DNA of 64,000 bases from an uncultured Ignavibacteriaceae bacterium. GTDB taxonomy: Bacteria > Bacteroidota > Ignavibacteria > Ignavibacteriales > Ignavibacteriaceae. The notes below the pieces were generated by a model, which was not told the origin of the DNA, did not search any database, and worked only from the letters and a program-made list of their open reading frames with translations. A program made the translations under genes and the position numbers. Positions 1-7,990 of this stretch are shown piece after piece. Position 1 is the first letter of the stretch, and every line of letters starts with the position of its first letter. The stretch is taken from assembly GCA_964556005.1 (NCBI GenBank), contig CAZKUR010000014.1:444-64443 (forward strand). Direction: 5' to 3'.

Positions 1-311
1 TCTGCACCGAGGTTTGGCGTAGTAAAAGGCGTATCGGTAGGAATATTATCATCTGTTACTCCCTGGTTGTCACCTGAAAAAAACAATAAATAATTAGGCT
101 GACTCGGATGCGTTAACGCATGATAGTCAGTAAACAGCGCTCCTAAAGTATCGTTGGCTAAACTATTTATATATGGGGCATTACTGTTTCCAATAATTTG
201 ATTGTATCCATGATTTTCCTCTATTACTATTACAACATGATCGGGTTGGGGGACTTGTGAGTAAATGATTGCAGTGGAAAATAAACATAAAAGCAGAATT
301 CTATAATTCAT
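1..311 (-). CDS. Phosphoesterase-family (acid phosphatase / phospholipase C-like) secreted protein, N-terminal part only; gene runs off the left edge
   Basis: Own translation of the reverse strand from the ATG at 311-309: MNYRILLLCLFSTAIIYSQVPQPDHVVIVIEENHGYNQIIGNSNAPYINSLANDTLGALFTDYHALTHPSQPNYLLFFSGDNQGV... A signal peptide is followed by the IEENH ... THPSQPNY block typical of PF04185-type phosphoesterases. Absent from the ORF track because it is truncated by the window edge. Confidence 0.6.
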   Translation of the reverse strand, partial: MNYRILLLCLFSTAIIYSQVPQPDHVVIVIEENHGYNQIIGNSNAPYINSLANDTLGALFTDYHALTHPSQPNYLLFFSGDNQGVTDDNIPTDTPFTTPNLGA

Positions 312-813
312 ACTAACTCCTGACTTTAAGTTTACGAAAAATTAATTAAGCTATTTTTTAGTACACTAAAAATGTCATTAGTGACATTATGATAGTGTGT
401 TCTTAGTAGTCTCATTTATTTAACTTGTCGTAGATCAAGTCCTTTAATATTTGTGAGATAGAATTTCTAGTTTAGAAGAAAATTATAAAGGTTTTTGTAC
501 TTAGAAGAAAATTTTTTTTAGCTTAAAAAATGAAATGTCTGATGATGACATTTAATATCGCTTGTTGGCCTACGAAATTAAATTATTATAATATGTATTG
601 GACTGAGGTAATTATCAATCATCAAAGTCATAAGATATAGGAATTATTTTTTTTGCGTTATTAACTGCTCTGCCCCAAAGTGGAGGAAGGAAGGTTCTTA
701 TATATACTTCCGAGATTAATTTTTATTTTACCGTTCATTTTTTCCCTTTAAACAAATCAAGAACAGAAAAAAAAATTATAAATTAATTTAGTTTACTAAT
801 GAATAATTCCAAA

Positions 814-1407
814 TTAATAGTTAAAAGACCTTCCGCAGATTGTCCCATCAACTGAAGTTAATGTTTGATTAAACGTTATTGGGCATGTTCCATTTACATC
901 AGTCACCCAATTATCTTTACCTACATTTCCTGTATACGTAAGTTGAGAGCAAGCAAAAGTTACAGCTTTGTGAACCGTAGAAAAAGTTCCGTCTGCAGTG
1001 ACCGTGCCGTTAAATGTTAGAGCATACTTATCACCAATGCCTTTACAATCAGTCATTGCCAATGTTAAATGCATGGTGTTTACGCCGGTGGAAGTTGAAT
1101 AGTCAGTACTGCCGGTTACATGTATTGAACCGCCTTGAGGTCCGTTAACAGTAAAGTCTTTGCTGCCTACTGGTTGACCGGCTATGTTTTGATTCCATAC
1201 AAACCAGAAGATATCGATCATACCATAAGCAGTGTATTCATCTTGACATCCCTGATCGCATGTAGGTGCAGGAGGATTAGTTGAGGTATCACTTTTTTTG
1301 CAGGAATAAAAGACAAAACTAACAAGGAATGATATCACTAAAAATAAAGTGGTTAATTTTCCGGTATAAGAAGAATTCCCATCGTTATTATTTTTTCCCT
1401 TAAACAT
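814..1407 (-). CDS. Hypothetical Cys-rich lipoprotein
   Basis: 197-aa ORF. The hydrophobic N-terminal segment ends in a lipobox-like FYSC. Six further Cys occur in the mature part. No family recognised. Confidence 0.5.
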   Translation of the reverse strand: MFKGKNNNDGNSSYTGKLTTLFLVISFLVSFVFYSCKKSDTSTNPPAPTCDQGCQDEYTAYGMIDIFWFVWNQNIAGQPVGSKDFTVNGPQGGSIHVTGSTDYSTSTGVNTMHLTLAMTDCKGIGDKYALTFNGTVTADGTFSTVHKAVTFACSQLTYTGNVGKDNWVTDVNGTCPITFNQTLTSVDGTICGRSFNY

Positions 1408-1732
1408 TTTTGTATCCTTTCAGGAGAGTTTATTATATCGCTATAATTAAGTAATTAAATGAATGAACAAAAGGTATGCCGAATAAAAAGGATACAGGTT
1501 TGTTTGTAACTTGCTAATATACTCGGAATTTCAAATAATTATCGCTTAATAAAATAGTTGTCAGGTAATAATAGCCAATTAAGGAATTATCTGCAATCAA
1601 TTATTTCATCTTAGTTGCATGATAAACATTGAGTTTTCGGATTTGAATAATTGCAATATCTACTAACTTATTAAGAATTCTTTATATTTAAATATTAATT
1701 TCAAACAATTTAATCACAACAAATTTATAATT

Positions 1733-2020
1733 ATGAAAATACTTGCAATTGAAAAAGAGAAAGCGGATGTAACGGCGGACGATTTGAGGCCTTATTTAAA
1801 AGCCGAATCGCAAAGGATACTGGATCTTTATGAAGAGGGCGTTATAAGGGAAATTTATTTCCATCGTGACAATCATACTGCCGTTATTATTTTGGAGTGC
1901 ATGGATGAAGACGAAGCCGGAAATTTTCTTCAAGAACTTCCTCTTGTAAAAACAGGATTGATTGAATTTGAAACAACCCCTCTTATTCCTTATCTGGGAT
2001 TTTCAAGGTTGATAGAATAA
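1733..2020 (+). CDS. Small dimeric alpha/beta-barrel protein, muconolactone isomerase-like
   Basis: 95-aa ORF. Its size and pattern (MKILAIEK...L..E......LYEEGVIREIYF......AVIILEC.DEDEA..FL.ELPLV..GLIEFE..PL) resemble the MIase-like family. Assignment is by recall only. Confidence 0.45.
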   Translation: MKILAIEKEKADVTADDLRPYLKAESQRILDLYEEGVIREIYFHRDNHTAVIILECMDEDEAGNFLQELPLVKTGLIEFETTPLIPYLGFSRLIE

Positions 2021-2088
2021 ATTGATTTTAAATATTTAAAATTGTTAACCTGGAAAATCTTCTATCATTTAATTATGCACAATTAATA

Positions 2089-2925
2089 ATGAAAAATTAT
2101 TTGAATCTTAGCGTCGATATTAAAGATAAAAATTTAATTTCTTCTTTAGATGAACTTCCTCTTTGGTCTGCGCCTTTCGGCATTTCACTTCTGAATAAAA
2201 TTAAAATGAATAAAGGAATGAATGTAATGGATATCGGCAGCGGAGTGGGATTTCCTTCGATAGAAATTGCACAAAGATTAGGGGAGTCATCCAAAGTTTA
2301 CGGCCTTGATCCGTGGATAGAAGCTAATGAACGTGCTGAATTTAAAATCAAATTTTACGATTTGAAAAACATTGAAATTATTTATGGCTTTGCAGAAAAG
2401 CTTCCGTTTGGAAATTCGTTTTTTGATCTTATCGTATCCAATAACGGGATAAATAATGTCGAGGATATAAATCAAGCATTGAACGAATGCCGTCGTGTAA
2501 GTAAAACGGGTGCTCAATTTGTCTTCACAATGAATCTTGAGGAAAGCATGATTGAGTTTTATGATTTGCTGAAAGAGGAATTGATTAAAAGAAACAATGC
2601 TGCTGCTGTCCAAAGAATCAAAGAACAAATTTACAGTAAAAGAAGACCTCTCGCGGAAATAAAACTACTGTTAAGTAATACCGGATTTAGGATTGAAAGC
2701 CTTGAAGAAAATAAATTTTATTTAAGATTTTCAGATGGAACTTCGATGTTTAATCATCCTTTAATTAAATTTTGGTTCGTCGGCGGATGGAAAAATATTG
2801 TTGATGAGGAAATGCAGGAAGAAATATTCGATGCAGTTGAAAATAATTTAAATATTAAAGCGGTGAAAGAAGGGGAAGTAAAATTGGGAATTCCGTTTAT
2901 CACATTTGACTGTACCGCTATTTAA
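2089..2925 (+). CDS. Class I SAM-dependent methyltransferase
   Basis: 278-aa ORF with SAM-binding motif I VMDIGSGVGFPS and the post-I acidic residue (LDPW). Confidence 0.8.
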   Translation: MKNYLNLSVDIKDKNLISSLDELPLWSAPFGISLLNKIKMNKGMNVMDIGSGVGFPSIEIAQRLGESSKVYGLDPWIEANERAEFKIKFYDLKNIEIIYGFAEKLPFGNSFFDLIVSNNGINNVEDINQALNECRRVSKTGAQFVFTMNLEESMIEFYDLLKEELIKRNNAAAVQRIKEQIYSKRRPLAEIKLLLSNTGFRIESLEENKFYLRFSDGTSMFNHPLIKFWFVGGWKNIVDEEMQEEIFDAVENNLNIKAVKEGEVKLGIPFITFDCTAI

Positions 2926-3194
2926 TTGATGATCTCAAATTTATTATTTTTCATTGCTATTTCTTTTAGGTAGCTTACAATGTATTTATGATCTTTAAAA
3001 TGCTTTAGATAAAAATCACGTGAGCAAATAATAATTATTTAATCTCAAGTATAATATTATTTTTTTTATTTAGATTTAGATATAAACGGGATTTAGAAAA
3101 TCATAGTTCTATATTCATTTAATATCATATACAATTTGGGTTTTATATATTGAAAACCAATGTTTCGAATCTTATCAAATATCTGGAATATTTT

Positions 3195-5183
3195 ATGAAA
3201 TACATTAAATCAATTCTTTTAATTTTAATTATTTTTTTGACAACAAATATTAATTACGGGCAGGTAAAAAAGAAGCCTTTTCAACTTTCTGATTTGAGAA
3301 AAATAGTGAATATATCTCATCCTCAGATTTCTCCTGATGGTAAAGAAGTTGCAATGATTGTTTCCCGTTACGATTGGGAAAAAGATTCGACTAAGCAGGA
3401 AATTGATCTAATCGATATTTCAAATGGATCTATTCGCAGCATAACTTACCATCGGAGCGGCATTTCAGGCATAAGCTGGGCGCCTAACAGCAAGAAATTG
3501 GGATTTACTGCTCATGATAATGAAACAAAAAAATCTCAAATCTACATTATGCCGATGAGCGGCGGCGATGCAGTCAGAATTACAGATTCTAAAACCGGGG
3601 TAAATGAATTTAGCTGGAGCCCGGACGGTAAAGAAATTGCGTTTGTTGCACAGGATACCATTCCAAATCCAAAAGAGATTAAACATCACGAGGACGGATT
3701 TCAAATTACAGACAATAATTATACAGTACGAGCTGCTCTTCAACCCTGGCATTTATGGATTGTATCTTCTGAGGGTGGAAAAGCTAAAAGGTTAACCGAA
3801 GGTAAATCCAGTCTTTGCACTGATCAGGGAACCATTTCTCCGATAGCATGGAATCCGGATGGTAAATCAATTACGTTTCAACAATTTCCTGATGTCTGGG
3901 AGGGAAATTCATGGCATTCAGTTATCGCCGAAGTTGACACGAGTGGTAAAGAAATTAAAACCATAGTAAAGGATGAAGGTTCGGGATGGCCTGTTTATTC
4001 TTCTGATGGAAATGCATTAGCGTTTGTCATGGCGCGAAATGGAGACTTAAATAACGGCAACGCAGTTTATATCAAAATGAATGGAGAGATTACAGATATT
4101 ACAAAGGATTTGGACAGAAACATAAATCAATATGCATGGCTTCCGGATGGTAAAGCTGTACTGCTTTCAGGAGATAAGGATACAAGCTCTGTAATCTGGA
4201 AACAACCATTAAACGGGAAAGCTGAGCAATTAAATCTTGGTGATGTTTGTGTCGGATATGGAAATTTGAGTGTTTCAAAAAACGGAACCGTAGTGTTTAC
4301 AGGAAGCACCCCTACTCATCCAACCGAATTATATATACTTGAATCTTTAAATGGAAAGCCAAAACGATTAACCAACTTAAATAACTTCATCGATTCCTTG
4401 GAATTGGGAAAATCGATTGGAGTAAACTGGAAAGGCCCCGAAGGTTTTGATGAAGACGGAGTTCTTACATATCCGGTTGATTATAAAGAGGGAGAAAAAT
4501 ATCCTCTTGTTTTGGTAATTCATGGCGGACCTGAAGGTGCATCGACTCTTGATTTCTCAGATCTTGCACAACTATTTTCTGCGAAAGGTTTTTTTGTCTT
4601 CCAGCCGAACTACAGAGGCAGCATAAATTTGGGCGATGCATATCAACATGCTATTTATAGAAATACTGGAGAAGGACCGGGGAAAGACATAATGGCTGGT
4701 TTAAATAAAATTGAACAGATGGGAATAATTGATACAAACCGGATCGGTGTTACAGGCTGGTCATATGGAGGTTATATGACTTCCTGGCTGAATGGGAAAT
4801 ACCCGGATAAATGGAAAGCTGCCGTTGAAGGTGCGGCGTTGAACGATTGGGTAATGGATTACACGATAGCCTACTATCAAACTTACGATTTATATTTCTT
4901 CGGCGGTTCTCCTTGGGTAAAACAATATTGGGATATCTGGAGAGAACAATCTCCGATTATTCTTGCACAAAACGTTAAAGCTCCAACACTGATTTTAGGC
5001 GATGTAGGTGATCCAAACGTTCCAATAATCAATAGTTATGAAATGTATCATGCTCTCAAGGATAACGGTGTACACACAGAATTTTATGCCTATCCTCTCG
5101 ACGTACATTTTCCGCACGATATTGTTCATAGAACTGATGTTTATAAACGCTGGATCGATTGGATTGTGAAATATGTGAAATGA
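3195..5183 (+). CDS. S9 family serine peptidase (prolyl oligopeptidase / acylaminoacyl peptidase-like) with N-terminal beta-propeller
   Basis: The ORF track gives 3150..5183 with a TTG start. The ATG at 3195 gives a clean signal peptide (MKYIKSILLILIIFLTTNINYGQ). WD40-like PD40 repeats (SPDGKE, SPDGKEIAF, NPDGKS, LPDGKA) are followed by the nucleophile elbow GWSYGGYM and a C-terminal Asp/His region. Confidence 0.85.
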   Translation: MKYIKSILLILIIFLTTNINYGQVKKKPFQLSDLRKIVNISHPQISPDGKEVAMIVSRYDWEKDSTKQEIDLIDISNGSIRSITYHRSGISGISWAPNSKKLGFTAHDNETKKSQIYIMPMSGGDAVRITDSKTGVNEFSWSPDGKEIAFVAQDTIPNPKEIKHHEDGFQITDNNYTVRAALQPWHLWIVSSEGGKAKRLTEGKSSLCTDQGTISPIAWNPDGKSITFQQFPDVWEGNSWHSVIAEVDTSGKEIKTIVKDEGSGWPVYSSDGNALAFVMARNGDLNNGNAVYIKMNGEITDITKDLDRNINQYAWLPDGKAVLLSGDKDTSSVIWKQPLNGKAEQLNLGDVCVGYGNLSVSKNGTVVFTGSTPTHPTELYILESLNGKPKRLTNLNNFIDSLELGKSIGVNWKGPEGFDEDGVLTYPVDYKEGEKYPLVLVIHGGPEGASTLDFSDLAQLFSAKGFFVFQPNYRGSINLGDAYQHAIYRNTGEGPGKDIMAGLNKIEQMGIIDTNRIGVTGWSYGGYMTSWLNGKYPDKWKAAVEGAALNDWVMDYTIAYYQTYDLYFFGGSPWVKQYWDIWREQSPIILAQNVKAPTLILGDVGDPNVPIINSYEMYHALKDNGVHTEFYAYPLDVHFPHDIVHRTDVYKRWIDWIVKYVK

Positions 5184-5186
5184 AAA

Positions 5187-5288
5187 AGATTAAAAAATTA
5201 AAAAATTAAAAAATTGAAAGATTAAAAGATTAACTGCCTACGCTAAAGCTTCAGCAGGCAGACAAGATTAAAGGATTAAAAAGATTAA
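5187..5288. repeat. AT-rich short tandem/dispersed repeats (AGATTAA units and 3 x ATTAAAAA) flanking a GC-rich hairpin CTGCCT-N16-AGGCAG (5234-5261)
   Basis: Read directly. AGATTAA(A) occurs at 5187, 5219, 5227, 5264 and 5282, with GGATTAAA at 5273. ATTAAAAA occurs 3 times in tandem at 5189-5212. Hairpin arms lie at 5234-5239 and 5256-5261. Confidence 0.6.
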
Positions 5289-5310
5289 TTATTAATTAAG
5301 GAGACGTAAA

Positions 5311-5772
5311 ATGAAATTAAACCGTTTGCTATTTGTTGTTGTTATAATTATTCCTTTCACTTCCTTGTTTGCACAAAAACGAAATTTAACGGAAGTTCAG
5401 AAGGAAGTCTGGAAGAGTGTTGAAGATTATTGGAATCTTTACGGAAAAGGTGATGCCGTAGATTATTTAAACTACATCGATGAAAGTTACCAAGGGTGGA
5501 ATTACTCTTTCCAAACACCTATGGATAAAGAGGATATTACAAAATTTATTAAAGCCGATATGTCTCAAAATACGGAGATTATGCATGTAATTACTCCTGC
5601 AGTTATTTGGGTAAAAGGTAACTTTGCATTTGTCGATTATTATTACCAGTTAATCGAGCAAAATTCAAAAGGCGATGTAAAAACAACAAGCGGAAGATGG
5701 ACGGATATTTTGACAAAGAAAGGGGATAAGTGGGTTTTAATTGGTGATCAAGGCGGAAGAACATCTAAGTAA
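5311..5772 (+). CDS. Secreted NTF2-like (SnoaL/DUF4440-like) protein
   Basis: 153-aa ORF preceded by an AAGGAG Shine-Dalgarno site, with a signal peptide. Size and W/Y-rich pattern are compatible with the NTF2 fold. Function unknown. Confidence 0.5.
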   Translation: MKLNRLLFVVVIIIPFTSLFAQKRNLTEVQKEVWKSVEDYWNLYGKGDAVDYLNYIDESYQGWNYSFQTPMDKEDITKFIKADMSQNTEIMHVITPAVIWVKGNFAFVDYYYQLIEQNSKGDVKTTSGRWTDILTKKGDKWVLIGDQGGRTSK

Positions 5773-5797
5773 GATTTTAGCTCGCTTTTTAAAATTT

Positions 5798-5836
5798 AGA
5801 GATGACATCTTATGAAAAAGATGCCATCTCTTTTTT
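5798..5836 (+). terminator. Rho-independent terminator-like hairpin between convergent genes
   Basis: AGAGATGACATCTT-ATGAAA-AAGATGCCATCTCT (13/14 paired) followed by TTTTT. It lies 26 nt after the stop of 5311..5772 and 24 nt from the stop of the minus-strand gene 5860..7797. Confidence 0.55.
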
Positions 5837-5859
5837 GAAAAAAAAGTAGTTGAGTATAG

Positions 5860-7797
5860 CTATCTTAAAACAATCATCTTTTTTGTTTGCATAAAGGAAC
5901 CGGCCTGTAACTTATAAAAATAAACTCCACTGGAAAGATTGCTTGCATCAAATTCAACTTCATAATTTCCTGCAGGTTTTGCTTCATCAACTAAAATTGC
6001 TGCTTCATTCCCGAGTAAATCATAAACTATTAAGCTAACATAATTTTTTTTGGGAATTGAATACTTAATTGTTGTAGACGGATTAAACGGATTCGGATAA
6101 TTTTGCAGTAATGAATAATCTGCCGGTGATTTTACATCTGCTTCAATTTCATTCGAATAATCCGATTTACCGTTAAAATCTATCTGTTTCAACCTATATG
6201 TATATTTGCCGGAATTCAGGTTTTTATCTTCAAGTCTGTACTGATGCGGTTGAGTAGTTGTGCCGTTTCCCTCAACAAAAGCAATTTGCCGGTAATCAGT
6301 ATTAAGGGATTTCCTTTCAACCTGGAAACCTTTGTTATTAGTTTCGGTTGCAGTAGCCCAGTTTAATGTCACATTATTATTATCGATCGACGCCTTTAAT
6401 GATACAAGTTCAACAGGTATATTGGAATCGGAAGTATCGACAGAAACATTATAAGCCAGGCCGCCGTTTCCGAAAGCTCTTGCGTGAACGGCTTTACCGG
6501 AAGTTAGAAGTGAGCTTCCATCTGCCGAGATTGCTTCATCAAAAAATGACCCGGCGGTATTAATTGTAAATATGGGATTGCTTCCCTCTGCAGTTTTAAA
6601 TAAATATAAATCCGGGGTTGCATTATTTAAATCGCCCCATGAAGAAGCAGCTAATACATTTGCATTATCATTAAATGAAACTGAAGTTACCTCATCTCCG
6701 CAACTTCCGAAAATCCAGGCAGGTGTGCCTGATTCCGAGGTTTTAAACAACTTGACAGTGCCTGTATATTGGGTAGATGAAATAAAGATTAATGTTCCTA
6801 CTGCTATATAATTCCCGTTTTTTGATACATCTACGGCGCTTGCCCAATTATAATAAACACCGGGCGGTTCCTGGTTCTGCCAGAGTAAATTATATGTTGA
6901 GCCGCTCCACTGGAAAACTCTTACATACCCGAAATAATTTATTGTAGCTATAATGCTGCCATCATAGCTTATTCCCTGGTTTGCTTGAGTTCCTGAAGAA
7001 CTGCTTATCGGATTAATAGTGCCCTGATATTTAATATTCCCAGTGTATGTTTCGATTACCCAAAATGCTCCGTAAGTATTTATGATCATAAGGGAATCAT
7101 TTCCTGAGAGCTTTAGGCCCTGGATATTACCGCTGCCTCCTAAAGGATCGGCTAATGTAATTTGCCAAACAGGGATAGCCGATGGTATATTAAATCCTAA
7201 AATTATAGACGAATCTGTTAAGTTCGATGTTGCGATTAAAAAACTTCCTTGTTGAGTTAGGGCAACCGGACCGGCAACAGGATCACCGCCGAGAGTTGTT
7301 AAATCAAAATTAATAATTGGAACATTACTGGAATTATTAAATACATAAACATTGTGGTAAGCGCCCGCAGCTATTAGATCACCTGCGTAGTTCAAAGAAA
7401 CGAAGTTAGTTTGAAGATTATTTGCAACAGAATATTCCCAGATAGGAGTTGAATTAGTATTTCCATAAAATGAGATTCTTGGATTATTTAAACCCCATCC
7501 GACTGCACCATATTGGCCGTTGCCGCTTACAGCACATTTATCACCAATTGAAACTGCATCTGTATAATTCCAGCGAATTGTAGTCCCCGTAAATATATCC
7601 TCTTCATTTGATGTTGCAATTCCAAATGAATGCGAAGAAGAATAATTAACTGCAGGTACTGTAATTAAGCGGTCTTGATTCACCTCCCCATTTTGATCTA
7701 AAACATGATATCTCCCTGTATTGTAAGGAAGCTGTTGTGCATAAATAAAACTGCACAGAAAAATTGAAACTACAAGTACTTCGAAGAAATTTTTCAT
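5860..7797 (-). CDS. Secreted beta-propeller-like protein with T9SS C-terminal sorting domain
   Basis: 645-aa ORF with signal peptide MKNFFEVLVVSIFLCSFIYAQ and a repetitive G/S/N-rich beta-strand body. An FN3-like module (TLNWATATETNNKGFQVERK...YRLKQIDFNG) precedes the C-terminus LLQNYPNPFNPSTTIKYSIP...GVYFYKLQAGSFMQTKKMIVLR (TIGR04183-type T9SS CTD). Confidence 0.7.
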   Translation of the reverse strand: MKNFFEVLVVSIFLCSFIYAQQLPYNTGRYHVLDQNGEVNQDRLITVPAVNYSSSHSFGIATSNEEDIFTGTTIRWNYTDAVSIGDKCAVSGNGQYGAVGWGLNNPRISFYGNTNSTPIWEYSVANNLQTNFVSLNYAGDLIAAGAYHNVYVFNNSSNVPIINFDLTTLGGDPVAGPVALTQQGSFLIATSNLTDSSIILGFNIPSAIPVWQITLADPLGGSGNIQGLKLSGNDSLMIINTYGAFWVIETYTGNIKYQGTINPISSSSGTQANQGISYDGSIIATINYFGYVRVFQWSGSTYNLLWQNQEPPGVYYNWASAVDVSKNGNYIAVGTLIFISSTQYTGTVKLFKTSESGTPAWIFGSCGDEVTSVSFNDNANVLAASSWGDLNNATPDLYLFKTAEGSNPIFTINTAGSFFDEAISADGSSLLTSGKAVHARAFGNGGLAYNVSVDTSDSNIPVELVSLKASIDNNNVTLNWATATETNNKGFQVERKSLNTDYRQIAFVEGNGTTTQPHQYRLEDKNLNSGKYTYRLKQIDFNGKSDYSNEIEADVKSPADYSLLQNYPNPFNPSTTIKYSIPKKNYVSLIVYDLLGNEAAILVDEAKPAGNYEVEFDASNLSSGVYFYKLQAGSFMQTKKMIVLR

Positions 7798-7990
7798 GAG
7801 CTAACTCCTATTAAAAATTAATTGAAAAAATTTTCAGGATTTTCAGCGCTATAAAAACCACCTCCTTTTAGTTTTGAGAAACATTTGAAAATATTATAAA
7901 TCTAATAATGATTTTTTTCCTTCCCTTTTGAATTCATAAAATATAGTCACTGTTTAGTTTTAATCTTATTTACTATTAAGACATTTGTCG

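Noticed and set aside
2097-2628. Two minus-strand ORFs (2097..2294, 2287..2628) inside the methyltransferase gene
   Set aside because: They are fully antisense to a longer ORF with clear SAM-binding motifs. They have low-complexity, Ile/Phe/Lys-rich composition typical of shadow ORFs in AT-rich DNA. The same reasoning applies to the other short antisense ORFs in the track (for example 3465..3752, 6366..6811, 8284..8469, 13454..13684, 15125..15364, 19648..19887, 25289..25901, 30010..30237, 31108..31428, 33657..33920, 36499..36750, 42872..43264, 44939..45208, 46691..46915, 52523..53367, 54667..55136, 59913..60204, 62817..63527).
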